The notes beneath the pieces were generated by a model that saw only the letters and a list, made by a program, of their open reading frames with translations, was not told where the DNA came from and ran no database searches. Positions 1 through 10,845 of a stretch of DNA of 64,000 bases are shown here, one piece after another; position 1 is the stretch's first letter, and every line of letters begins with the position of its first letter. The translations under genes and the position numbers were made by a program. This stretch comes from Spironucleus salmonicida (taxonomy: Eukaryota), in the NCBI RefSeq assembly GCF_000497125.1, contig NC_090596.1, positions 744,001-808,000 of the forward strand. Direction: 5' to 3'.

Positions 1-640
1 CATCACATCCCATTAAATAGCCAAAATGTTAGCAAAGTACTCTGATATAAGTACCACTTTCACAGTCAACCTTGAACACAATTCTACCTTCCTCATAATT
101 GAATTCTAAAATATCCATTTTGTATATTTCTCTAACTCTCAATACACGCTTTACAGCACATCCTTCTGCAGGTGGCCTTTAAAGTTATGGTGCAGTAAGT
201 AACTTGGAAACTTCCTTAATCTTTAATACCATTTAGTCTTTAGAAAACTGTTTTTTCATAGCTTCATAATTATTGAATTATAAAATGGAAACATAGGATT
301 TTCCCATTGCTTATTGAGATTTAACTAATCTTGTAGCTCTGTCAATACAAACTAATAGATTACCTGAAACCATAGGATCTAATGTACCAGAGTGACCAGT
401 CTTTTCCACATTTAATATTCTCTTAACCCATGAAACCACTTCATGAGAGGATGGTCCAGCTACTTTATCAAGATTGATAACACCATACTTGAGGTGTTCA
501 GCAATAGGACGGTTCAAAGGAGAATATCCTGCTGGTGTAGGAGTATATGAAGCTGACTTAACACATAATTAAGTGTAGTTTTTCAGTAATAATGGAAGTT
601 CCTCGGAATGCAAAACAGGTTTAGCCTAAGTCGGTAACAT
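1..640 (-). CDS. CBF5: H/ACA pseudouridine synthase Cbf5/dyskerin (3' end outside window)
   Basis: Code-6 translation MLPTQAKPV...GVINLDK...[14 protein letters not shown]...[10 protein letters not shown]...ATRLVKSQQ...QRPP...AVKRVLRVR...[11 protein letters not shown] contains the TruB/Cbf5 motifs. Confidence 0.96.
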
Positions 641-643
641 TAT

Positions 644-659
644 TCGGAGTGGATAGTGG
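644..659 (-). promoter_or_regulatory. C-rich CCACTCC promoter motif (representative instance)
   Basis: CCACTATCCACTCCGAATA precedes the CBF5 ATG; similar motifs precede 4028, 6153, 6416, 6686, 7333, 8668, 10845 and 21087. Confidence 0.7.
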
Positions 660-724
660 AACGGTAAATAAAATTTAAGTTATTATTATATAGTAAAAAT
701 ATAACTAGCTTTATTAATTTTTAA

Positions 725-877
725 ATGGATAAGATGTAATTATTTGCGAATGTCGATGAACTTTGTAAATTGTTGAATATTTAATTAAACAGAGAATAAA
801 TTGCTAGTATATATGAATTAGTTGAAGCAGGTATTAATCCAGAAGCTTTAATAGCGGCTATTAGTGATTTTAAGTGA
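725..877 (+). CDS. MZT1: Mitotic-spindle organizing protein 1 (MOZART1), 50 aa
   Basis: MDKMQLFANVDELCKLLNIQLNREQIASIYELVEAGINPEALIAAISDFK carries the LLN...GINPEAL family signature; AGTGA stop. Confidence 0.85.
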
Positions 878-1217
878 TTTTATTATTACCATGCCATATT
901 ACCGGTTTTATACTTTAATAAAATACTTATATGTCAATAATTAATCTAGAATACTTACAACTCTACACTAAATCACGCGATTCATATATGAATATTTCTG
1001 AATTTTTTGTAGTAAATAGTCAAAATTAACAAAACACTATTTTATATAATAAACAAGATACGAATAAGTAATAAATAATAAAAACTATTTATTGTCCATT
1101 AAACCTGAAACATGATAAATTGAGCAATGTTAATCTAGAAAGAATACGAATAGGCAATTAAACTAATTCAGAGAAGAAAATAACAATTAATATTAAAAAA
1201 TTAAAAAATACTTGAAA

Positions 1218-1340
1218 ATTTGTGGCACATAATACCTGGAGCAAACAATTGCAACAGATTTAAAATAGCCTCCATTCTAAGCCATCTAACGCTTCTAATG
1301 CTGCTGAGCAGAGAAAGCTGGGTAATAAGGATGGCTTGTG
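1218..1340 (-). ncRNA. Candidate box H/ACA snoRNA
   Basis: Two hairpins (AAGCCATC/GATGGCTT; GGC..ATCTG..GCAA/TTGC..CAGGT..GCC) followed by ACA plus 3 nt. CCACTCC motif directly upstream, no ATG. The H box (AGAATG) is imperfect. Confidence 0.5.
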
Positions 1341-1389
1341 AGGAGTGGAAAATTATTTTATAATTCTTTAAAATTATACATTATTATAT

Positions 1390-1884
1390 TCATTCTAACA
1401 CTTCATCTGCGTCTCGAATTATTTTCTCCGAATTGAGTTTTAGGTCGAAAATATCCCCCAGTGCGCCGGCTCCGTCCTCATGGTACTTGCTCAGTAGCTC
1501 CTTAACGCTACGGGAGAGGTCCTATACCCCCAAAGAGCGCTGCATTTCCTGCGTTTTTTCAAGCTCGAAAATTACCTGGCGGGCGCCCTCCTAATCTGCA
1601 TAGAGTGCCGTCGCGCGCTCCAAAACTCCATCACGCGCACAACCGAAAAGATCCTACAACCTGGTGATAACTGTCTCGTTTACGTGCGACTTCGCACTCA
1701 GAATTTCGTAATTTTCTCGCAGGAAGTTGAACTCGACTAATAGCGCCTGATACCGTGACTGCACAATCTGTAACTGCTAGATTGCCTCAAATGTTTCACA
1801 GTCTGTTACTAGCGCTGCTGTGATCTCCGCCTTTACAGACTTCAGTGCATGCAGCTCCGCGAGCTTAGATGATTGTGCATCCAT
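1390..1884 (-). CDS. Hypothetical protein, 164 aa, helical
   Basis: ATG-to-TGA ORF in code 6 (MDAQSSKLAELHALK...DEVLE) between AT-rich spacers. Confidence 0.65.
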
Positions 1885-2177
1885 GAAGATGAATATTTAC
1901 TAAATTATATATAATAATAAGATATTGATTGGGTGAAAGTGAATGGAGTGGAATGGAATGGAATTACGATGCAACGTTATAAAAATGTCAGCTATGTGTG
2001 CATTTTCAGTAAATGGATGTGGAAGACGTGTCGAAATAAAAAATTGATAATCTAGAGGTTAATAAGAATTTAATTCATAATAGTAGTATTATATCAAATT
2101 ATATTGGCTAATAATAAAATTGTAGAAATATAATACTATTTATTTCATGATAATACTCCATATAAAGCTTTCAGTAA

Positions 2178-2873
2178 ATGTCAATGCGCACGCTATCGGA
2201 AGTTCTCACGTGTTTTTATGGAGAACCGTTGAATGTTCCGTAACATCTACTGATGAAGCATTCTAAGAAGCCTTAAAAATCTGCAAAATCCTTCCAGGAA
2301 ACACCCGGCCCGATTTACGAGGTGGCCAAGAAGCTGGGCAGCAACTCACCATCATATACTCTCCATACTAAGCATAAACTTCTAGTTCAGCAAACACCCG
2401 GCCCCAAGTACGATATTAACTTACAGTCGCCAGTTTACTCGGCTTCTATTTGTGTGCGGCGGCAGCCTATAAAACAGGAAATCTCGCCGCCGATAGGTAG
2501 GTATGACGTATAAAAAGCATTTGAGTTTGTCCATCCCCGAAAACTTGCACACATTTCGGAGGTTGAGATCGTTAAGCGTCGGTAGCAGCTACCGGGCCCT
2601 GGGGACTATGCTCCTGAAGCTGCAGCGAGCAGGCGCCTTCAAAAGACGCTCGGTGGACACCGTGATATGCGCCTGTACGTCCTGGATTAGGAGAGCGTTC
2701 CAGCACCGAATGCATACCATATAAGCCGTAGTATACCGAATAACATAGTAGTCAAACTTCCGCTATCTGACTAGGGAATTATACACCGTATATGCAGCGC
2801 ATCGTACATAAATAAGGACGATATGCTAATACGGTAGCTAGAGAGCCTGTAGTAACAGAAGAATATTCAATGA
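2178..2873 (+). CDS. SHIPPO/ODF3-type PGP-repeat axonemal protein, 231 aa
   Basis: Repeated motifs TPGPIYEV, TPGPKYDI, PPIGRYDV, LPGPGDYAP and VPAPNAYHI. Confidence 0.75.
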
Positions 2874-3048
2874 TTGTCGCAATGGTAAAAGTTATCTATA
2901 TTTGCATGGTAGTGCAGTCGATGCATAAAGTTCAAAAACAGCTTTAGATAGAGTATTGATTCCTGTATAGTAGCGATAGATTAACTCACTGCATTCAATC
3001 TGTGCACATGCTAGAAGCCTGTGTACGCTATTTTTATTTTACAAAACT

Positions 3049-3903
3049 TCACTCGCCACTACCGTTGTATTCCCTTACAATAGATTTCCCGTGTACTATA
3101 TCTATATTTTCCACGCTACTATCAGCTGCTTTCTTCACTATCACTACCAGGGCTTTCGGTCTATCCAATGCATGTAAACTGGTGCGAGTAGCCCGGTGTC
3201 GCTTAAAATTCTCCCATAGCGCACAGTACCGCCCCGAAGCCCCCAACTTCCAATATTTCCCTCTCTCATTCCAGAGAACTACAAGAGCTAAAACACCCGA
3301 AATCGGGCCACTCCACTCCACCCAGAGCTGGAAGTGGAAATTCCACAGAAACGCAACGAGGGCGGTGCCAAGGTGCTTCCAGCCGTCCAGTATCGGAAGC
3401 TGCCCCAGAAGCAGCAACACACCCATGCATCCCGTGATCGCGCTCGATTTCAGTATGACCTCGCCCTGCTCCAGCGCGTAGTTGTAGCAGCCGTTACGCA
3501 GCGGATGCTGTAGGTTCGCGAACAGAAAGTGCACGGCCTGCCGCACCCAGATCTCGTCCGCAGCAGCGATGTGGAGCCGTATGAACTCACTGTGAGCTGC
3601 GTTGTGGAGGTGCTCGTGATCTGCGCAGCCGAAGTGCTGACAGAAGAGGAGTGCGAAATCTGAGTTTAGACGGAAGCTAGCAACGACAGAAGTGGTTGCA
3701 GCTGGCACCAATTCAACACGGAGAAGACAATTAGGGTCCGTGAGTGGCGTATCCGGCGCGATACAGATTGGGTAGAACTGCGTTTAGAGCGGCTCGCCAT
3801 CGTAGTTTCTGGCAGGAAAGCGCACGGACTTGTCCTGCACATGTGTGATGCGCTTCACCGTTATTGGGACTTGCATGAGCAACGGCAGCAGGATATGTAA
3901 CAT
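3049..3903 (-). CDS. Hypothetical membrane protein, 284 aa
   Basis: Code-6 ORF MLHILLPLLMQVP... extends the 220-aa track ORF; three hydrophobic segments. Confidence 0.6.
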
Positions 3904-4027
3904 TCTAGAAAGCGTAGGGTGCAGTTTAGTATTTTCTGTATACGCTAAGAATATTTCAATTTACAGTAATTATGAATATTATATATAAATATGTATAAAT
4001 ATTAACTTATTTTCCACTCCATTAATA

Positions 4028-4954
4028 ATGAAAATCACGCCTCTGCCTTAAACTAAGCCTCTGATACAGCAATTTCATCTAGAAAATTTCCCACTACCAT
4101 ATTCCAATGCATTACGCCGCTCCCTGCACGCAGATGTCCAAACTCTGGCTTTTGACAAGGCCCAGTTTATTCAGTACGACAGCGAGATTCCAGCCGAAAT
4201 AATCGCCCACAGAATCGGTCTGCTGCCAATTTTTTCTGACGCTTTCACCCTGAGCTCAATTTCGCCGTACTACAACTGCCCCAACGCCTCATCTTCGAAC
4301 CACTCGCTGGACTGCCAATAGTGCTCAATAAAGGCCAAAATTCAAATCCAGGCGTCCGACAAGTACATGATCACAGACCGCGATATCCAGTTCGAACGGA
4401 GCGAGTTTCAGATGTTCTCGATCCGGAACCAAACTGATCCAGTGCCGATCCTGCTCCTAGCGCCGAACCAGTCGGTCGAAATCGAGCTATTCGCCTTCAA
4501 GGCGCCGGGCAGGGTGCACGCTAAGTACTCCCCCGTGAGCGCCGTTTCGCTGGTCCCGCGCGCCAAAATCGACGTTTCGCGCCTGCAAAACGTCCTCGAG
4601 GACCAGAAAACGGCCGATTTTCTGGTCCAAATTTGCCCCAAAAACGTCTTCGTCTTCAGGAACGGCCGCCTGCAGCTCGTCGATTCCGCCGCCTGCAGCT
4701 TCTGCGACGCGTGCGCGCGGACGCCTTTTGGTGATATAAACCACCCCGTGGCGGTGGAAGCGGACTACGCGGACATGCTCCTCACGGTCGAGTCGGCGGG
4801 GGGCATGGACTGCCTGGAAATCGTAAAATAGGGCCTTCTGAGCGTCAAAGGGCGCCTGGACGAAATTGCGGGAAGCGAGAATTTCAACAATCTGATGGGC
4901 GAGGTTATTGGGGTTGGGGAGGGGGGTGTTGGGGAGGATGATGATGTTTTGTGA
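4028..4954 (+). CDS. RNA polymerase alpha-like subunit (RPB3/RPAC1-AC40/RpoD family), 308 aa
   Basis: Motifs NALRRSL, EIIAHRIGLLP, HAKYSPV and VESAGG; RPB3 versus AC40 not resolved. Confidence 0.9.
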
Positions 4955-5724
4955 GGGTTTTTGTTTTCTAATTTTTTTGTTTTCTAATTTTTTAATTCTT
5001 TAATTTTCTAATTTTTTAATTTTTTAATTTTCTAATTTTTTAATTTGGGGTGTAGGGTTTAATTTTTGGGGTTTCTGAATGATGCAGAAATGGGGGGGGG
5101 GTGAAATAGTGAAATTAAGAATTTTGGGGTAAGGGGGTCGTGCTAGGATGATATGGGGGAGAAATAGTATATGTCTATTTGCATGCGAGAATTGGAGACG
5201 GGAAATCAAGTTTCCAGGGTAAGATCGTGTTGGACTGGACCGCAGCAGACGAATTCAAATTAAATCAGTTGAATGAGAACTGATGAGAGGTATAATGATA
5301 AGAGCTAAATTATTAGCGTTAAATTGTTGAAAATCGTCCTAAATACTTGATGGGAATCGTTATAAGGACTTTATGATTAATTTTGTACTTCTGATTTAGC
5401 TTGCTGTAGATAAAATGTGTTAGTTGTAATAAGTATATTTAAATATTGGTTTTAATATCTAAATGAGCAGTTTTAGTAAATGCTGATTTGATAAATATTT
5501 TATGATTTACTATAATAAATTTAATAATGTTCATTTTTTGAATAAATATTCTGTAATTTTTTACCTTATTTTTTGCGCACTCAATTATTAATAATAGTAT
5601 ATTGATAAAAATTATACAAAATATGAACGTCATAGTATATTTAGATATCAAATATAGCATCTTGGTTTGTAAAACTTTGATAATTTATCTCTTTTAATTA
5701 TAAATTAGATAGTAATAATTTTAA

Positions 5725-6105
5725 ATGGGATTAGGTGTAACAGAATTTTTAGACGATAATGAAGACTTTATTCTTAATCGGAAAAGCCATTAACCTGACC
5801 CAGTTATATATAAATAAATCAGAATGTCAACAGAGGCGAAGAAAGATATATAGAAACCAAAACTAATTAAATTGATAAGGAAAGAAAGGTTAGATGTACT
5901 CCCAGAGATAAATGAAGATGATAATAACTATGATTTTATGCTTGGATCATCACCAATGAATACCGTCGCACTTTAGTTTTATGCATGTAAGACAAACATT
6001 TAATTTAACACTCCCAACACGTCAAACAAGTCGCATGGGGTGAACTACCAGCTTAGCTACCTGCTGGACCTGGAGCGGGCGGACGCGTGTCGTTTCGTGG
6101 ACTGA
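5725..6105 (+). CDS. Hypothetical protein, 126 aa; 3' end lies in IR1 arm; paralog of 15640-16014
   Basis: MGLGVTEFLDDNEDFILNR...HGVNYQLSYLLDLERADACRFVD. Confidence 0.7.
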
Positions 6106-6152
6106 CCGCTCCGAATTTTGCTTTATATTCGCGCAAGCGAGGCGCACTCCGA

Positions 6153-6395
6153 ATGCACACCCAGACCTCGCCCCAGGCCCGCCGCCCCCGCAGGCCCGTG
6201 CTCGTGAACCCGTAGACGCTCGCCTTCCTGAAGCGCCAGGACGAGGCCCGCCGCAAGCTGCCGTACCGGCTCGAGAACGACGCCGTGGCGCAGCTGCTCC
6301 AGGGCTGGGCCTTCGCGGAGCCCGCAGACCCCGAGGACTCGGACGACCTCGTGGCGCGGATCCGGGCTACCGCGCGGCCCGAGCTCCCCTTCTGA
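6153..6395 (+). CDS. Hypothetical protein, 80 aa
   Basis: GCACTCCGA directly before ATG; high GC3; one in-frame TAG. Confidence 0.6.
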
Positions 6396-6415
6396 TTTTG
6401 CCCCTCCGCTCCAAG

Positions 6416-6658
6416 ATGCCGCCGCGGTACACCGTGCAGCACCAGCTGCTCCACGTGCACTCGGACTCCGAGGACGACCGCGACCGCAAGAAGTGCGTGC
6501 AGATCGCGCGCGCCATCAAGCTCAAGAACAACGAGGTGAAGAACCTTATCATCATCGCCCGCGACATGGAGGAGCGTGCCCGCGACCAGCTCGACCTGAT
6601 CCTCACGCGCGCCAACCGCTACATCTGGCTGCTGGAGCAGCTCGTGGCCAAGATGTGA
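6416..6658 (+). CDS. Hypothetical protein, 80 aa
   Basis: MPPRYTVQH...; CCGCTCC upstream; strong GC3 bias. Confidence 0.65.
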   Translation: MPPRYTVQHQLLHVHSDSEDDRDRKKCVQIARAIKLKNNEVKNLIIIARDMEERARDQLDLILTRANRYIWLLEQLVAKM

Positions 6659-6685
6659 CCCTTCCCAATTGCACTCCGCTCCGAA

Positions 6686-7306
6686 ATGGAGCAGTTCGTC
6701 GACGCGCAGGCCGCCCGCGACTTCTTCAGCGCCTCCCAGCAGACGCGCTTCGCCCCGGTCACGTACGTCCCGCCCTCAGCGGAGGCCCTGGCGGTGCCGC
6801 AGGGGGGCGCACGCACCAGGGGGCCGCGGACGGTCGACCCGGCGCAGCTGAAGGCGCAGATCACGAAGCGCGTGGAGGCCTACACCATCGACCAGCTGAC
6901 GCGCGAGCTGCTGCGGGACAACGGGCTGGTGCTGACGCCGCAGGAGCGCGAGTACCAGCGCCTGCAGGAGACGGCCTACCTCATCAAGAAGGGCGCGCAG
7001 GTCCGCGGCACGCACGTGAACCTCAAGGAGCTGTCGGCCGCGCGCAAGGGGGAGCGTAGCCAGCGGCTCGCGCGGGAGGAGGAGCTGCGCGCGATGGGCG
7101 CCGTGGGCCAGATCCGCAGCGGGAAGCACATCGTGCTGGAGACGGACCGCTACAAGGACGCGGGCGAGGTCTCGGTGCGGAAGCAGCAGCGCCACATCCT
7201 CAAGATCGCCAAGAGCTTCAGCGACCGCCGGGGCGTGCGCAGGCACAAGATCGTCCGCAGCGGCGGCGGGATCACCGGCGAGCACGTGGTGCGCCACACG
7301 AAGTGA
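6686..7306 (+). CDS. Hypothetical protein, 206 aa
   Basis: CACTCCGCTCCGAA before ATG; strong GC3 bias; AGTGA stop. Confidence 0.75.
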   Translation: MEQFVDAQAARDFFSASQQTRFAPVTYVPPSAEALAVPQGGARTRGPRTVDPAQLKAQITKRVEAYTIDQLTRELLRDNGLVLTPQEREYQRLQETAYLIKKGAQVRGTHVNLKELSAARKGERSQRLAREEELRAMGAVGQIRSGKHIVLETDRYKDAGEVSVRKQQRHILKIAKSFSDRRGVRRHKIVRSGGGITGEHVVRHTK

Positions 7307-7332
7307 GCCTTGCAGTCCCACTCCGCTCCACA

Positions 7333-7599
7333 ATGGACAGCACGCCCTCGGAGCCCTCCAGCGCCCCCAGTTCCTCCTCCCGCTCCGCCAGCGAGCGGGT
7401 GCCGCGCCTACGCAAGCGCGCCAGGGGCCCGGGCCTGCGCTCGCGCATCTTCCCCCACACGGAGGTCAGCGACGACTGCGCCCTGCCCGCACTGGCGGCC
7501 ACTGAGCCTACCACGGACGAGGAAGTGGACTCTGGGGCCGGCTGGCCGCGGGCGCTGCTGTACGCGTGGTTCCTGGACCGCAAGCAGGACGAGCGCTGA
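7333..7599 (+). CDS. Hypothetical protein, 88 aa
   Basis: CCCACTCCGCTCCACA before ATG; MDSTPSEP... Confidence 0.55.
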   Translation: MDSTPSEPSSAPSSSSRSASERVPRLRKRARGPGLRSRIFPHTEVSDDCALPALAATEPTTDEEVDSGAGWPRALLYAWFLDRKQDER

Positions 7600-7685
7600 C
7601 GCACGGTTTCACCGGTACAGGTTCACGCACCAATGTTTGGAGTGAGAGTATACTCAGTATTCGGCCCATTCTCGTCCGCCCATAA

Positions 7686-7883
7686 ATGCTGCTTCAGCGC
7701 AAGTCCTTCTCCCTGCGATCCCCACCGCAGCCCCTGCCGCCCCTACGGGCCTGCCCCCGCGTCTCCCTCGCCGAGTTCGAGGGCGCGGCGCTCCCCGGCC
7801 TCACGGGCGGTCTGGACGCGGCGCTCGAGGCCCTGCAGCGCCTGGTGCTGGGCGTGTGCGGCCCTTCCACTGAATGCCGGTGA
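7686..7883 (+). CDS. Possible small protein, 65 aa (mirror copy 13862-14059)
   Basis: AAATG start, GC3-rich; overlaps the next gene by 10 bp. Confidence 0.35.
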   Translation: MLLQRKSFSLRSPPQPLPPLRACPRVSLAEFEGAALPGLTGGLDAALEALQRLVLGVCGPSTECR

Positions 7884-8332
7884 CGTGCGGCGTGTGCGGC
7901 CGCGAGGTGGCCAACAGCTTCAAGCTGCAGGAGCACCTGCGCACCCACTCCAAGTCCCAGCCGCACGCCTGCACCACCTGCGGCAAGGCCTTCGCCCGTG
8001 TGCCGAACCTGCGCCGCCACGAGCTGGTCCACGCCGAGGCCCGGCCCAGGGAGACCTGCGGCGTGTGCGAGCGCCAGTTCTACGACGCGCACACGCTGCG
8101 CCGCCACCTGCGGCTGCATGAGACCCGCGGCGCCTGCCCCTTCTGCCCCGAGGCAGTCAACTGGCGCTTCCTCCGCGGCCACGTGCAGCGGCTCCACGCG
8201 GGCGCGCTGGTGGGGTCCGAGCGCGCTGCCGAGTTCGGGCTGTGCACGCGATGCGGGGCCCTGGTGCGGTACCAGTGCGACGCGGCGGCGCACGAGCGGG
8301 CCTGCGCGCGGCGAACGAGTGAGACGGAATGA
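7874..8332 (+). CDS. C2H2 zinc-finger protein, 152 aa
   Basis: Tandem CxxC-x12-HxxxH fingers (CGVC..HLRTH; CTTCGKAF..LRRHELVH; CGVC..HLRLH). Confidence 0.9.
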   Translation: MPVTCGVCGREVANSFKLQEHLRTHSKSQPHACTTCGKAFARVPNLRRHELVHAEARPRETCGVCERQFYDAHTLRRHLRLHETRGACPFCPEAVNWRFLRGHVQRLHAGALVGSERAAEFGLCTRCGALVRYQCDAAAHERACARRTSETE

Positions 8333-8335
8333 GAC

Positions 8336-8668
8336 TCACTGAGGCCCGGCGGCCTGGTGGGCGCAGCGGTGCACCCACCTCCGCAGGTACCGCACGCAGA
8401 AGTCCAGGTACTCGAGCCGGTCGAAGGCGGCCTTGAGCGTGGTGGCCATGTCGCGGATCGCGCGCAGGCTATCGTCGATGCGCTCCTGCAGCTCGAGCGA
8501 GCGCAGCGTGGCGAGGTTATCGGCGCTCGCGAAGATGTCCTCGGAGGAGCCGGGCGCGCCGGCGGGGTCGTAGTGGGGCGGGGCGGCGACGAAGGGCGCG
8601 AGGTCGGCCACCATGGCCAGCAGGGACCTGCTCGGGAGCGCGGGCAGCGGCACCAGCTGGTTGCGCAT
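8336..8668 (-). CDS. Hypothetical protein, 110 aa
   Basis: CACTCCGCGCTCCAAA before ATG; GC3 bias; AGTGA stop. Confidence 0.6.
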   Translation of the reverse strand: MRNQLVPLPALPSRSLLAMVADLAPFVAAPPHYDPAGAPGSSEDIFASADNLATLRSLELQERIDDSLRAIRDMATTLKAAFDRLEYLDFCVRYLRRWVHRCAHQAAGPQ

Positions 8669-9210
8669 TTTGGAGCGCGGAGTGAAGTCCTTGGTCACTT
8701 GTCCTCTGTCACTTGTCGGCGGGTGCGGCGGCCGGCAGGCGCGCGTCGTCGGCCCTGCCGTGCAGCAGCGTGCGCTTGAGCGTGCGGAAGGTCCTCAGGA
8801 GGGCGCGCATTTTCGGGATTAGCGCGCAGCGTATAATAATGCCCGGCCCCCACTTCCATCTCGCCGCACCACTCCCTCGCGTGCGCAAGGTGTGTTGCTG
8901 AGGCTCCGGCGTGCCGACGTGTTCAAAGCCTTGCTAAAGCGGTCCTGCTGAGTACCCTGCAGTTTCCGGAAACGGGCGCAGCTGCCGGGTAATTAGGCAG
9001 TGCACATTTCCAAGTATCTATTTGCTGCGGTATCCGCGGCGCCCTGCTGCCATCTGCGGCCCGGCCCTCACTCGCCGCCATGGACCTCCGGTGCCCAGCC
9101 GAGACCCCTAACGTCGTGAGGGTCCTGCCCAGACCGCCTCCCTGAAAACGTCACCTCTCACTCGCCCCTACCGACATCGCCATCCCTCTTCCCAGCCCAA
9201 AGTCCCTCAC

Positions 9211-10845
9211 TCACAGCCCCGCCGCCCGCAGCTGCTCCGGCCCGTCCGCCTGCCCCACGAACCAGCAGCACAGGTGGTTCAGCAGGCGCTCCCCGCCCAG
9301 CAGCTCCAGGTCCGCCGCCTCGCCCCGCGGGAACAACCGCCGGAACTGGCCCAGGCGCGCGCCCTCGTCCACCAGCTGCCACAGCACGCGGCGCTCGAAG
9401 CGCGTGAGGTCCGGGACCGTGCCGAAGCTGCGCAGGTCCGCGCCGGTCTTGAAGCTGTGCTTCTGCTCCCCGTTCTCCAGCCGGAAGGGGCGGTACTGCC
9501 GGCAGTCCGCGCTCTTCAGCCGGCCGCCGAAGCGCGCGATCGTGGCCTCGTCCTCGGTGGCGAAGCGCTCCGGCACCGCTGCCATTCCTGACTGGTGGAA
9601 CGCGGGCGCGTAGCCCAGCAGGTTCAGCGTGTTCACCATCAGCGGGTACTTGATCTCCACGTCCAGGTCAGTCTTCGTGTTCTTCGAGGGCGACTTGTTG
9701 ATCTCCACCAGCAGCGCCTCGCCCGCTTCCGTGAACATGATGTCGAAGCCGTACAGCCCGAAGTTACGTCGCGGGTACACGTTCGCTAGACCAGCATTGT
9801 GCGAAAAAAGATGCATTCTTGGCTCAACGCCAATTAATGTTTTAATGATTAGCTCATCTACGTCTTTTAATATATAATCTTTAACCGCGCCTTTTTTAGT
9901 ATCAGCAAGAATCGTACTGCCAGCTTTGAAAAATTATCTATTGTCATCCAAATAGTCCAGTAATTCGGTCCATTTCCATTTGCTAGGAAATCCGTCCATA
10001 TGGAACTCATCCGACTTGAAATTGATTGAAAAATTCGTCAAATGCATAGTTTTGTCATCAAAATTACCATCGTTAACTTTCTCGTATTTATGAGTAGCAA
10101 ATCTCCCCAATCCTTCGTCATAAATATAGAAAATCAAGGGATCGATGCTCGTGACCATCACATACAGCCTAATATCGAATTTGAAGCCATTTATGATCAG
10201 TAAATTGTCCATATACTCTTAAATCACAGCAGGCACGTCCAAGCCCTTCGGTAGCTCGCTATCGCGCTTGATAAGCTCAATTCCGCGTCCCTCTGATGCC
10301 ATTGCAGGCTTGTATATATAAAAGCCCTCCCCGGCTTCCTCGCGGAATTCCTCCAAACCGTCTGGAATTATCCAAGTTTACGGCACGAATTAGTACTTTT
10401 GGGGCCATTTGAGCTTCATTTCGCGCAGGAGTTGGCCCATTGTGTCCTTCCGGCCGATGGCGTTCGAGCCCGGAAACTGGCCGCAAAGCTGCCCCGGCGA
10501 AAGCGTTTTGTAGAAGTCCAGCCCTAGCGGGTGGCCCCAACAGATGTTAAACTACTGTTGGAGCTCCCGGGGTGCCACCGCAAATCCAGCGTCCTAGAAG
10601 GCGCTCGAAACGGCCGGCTACTGCGTTCCATGAAAAATGGCGAGCAAATTCTGCGGCGGAATCTCGAAATCATCCGAAATTTTTCGGGGAGTGGAAAGCG
10701 AAATGGAAGGAAGTGGAATTGTGGAGTTTGAGCTGTAGAAAGACAGGATTGGTGGGTGATTCGGGATAATTGAAGGGATTAAGCGGGGGAGGGGTAGAAA
10801 ATCGGCAGGTAGGTTTCTGCGGCGCGCGAGCTCTTCGGAGTTCAT
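9211..10845 (-). CDS. Tubulin-tyrosine ligase-like (TTLL) protein, probable polyglutamylase, 544 aa
   Basis: One code-6 frame joins three track ORFs: FPGSNAIGRKD, YIYKP..S.GRGI, VIQEY, KFDIRLYV, EGLGRFAT, HLTNFSIN, FGLYGFDIM, LLVEINKSPS. Confidence 0.93.

Larger units (their letters stand above)
6034..9784. repeat. IR1 left arm (3751 bp), inverted copy of 11961-15711
   Basis: Position x pairs with 21745-x; mirrored ORF translations are identical; edges checked base by base. Confidence 0.97.

Noticed and set aside
8955-9115. SRP RNA helix 8 or a telomerase template (CCCTAAC)
   Set aside because: The CAGG/AGCAG internal loop is missing and the template match is too short.
6034-9784. GC-rich blocks as contamination or recent horizontal transfer
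   Set aside because: Reading frames are continuous across the GC boundary, and arm genes use TAG-Gln, the C-rich motif and AGTGA stops.
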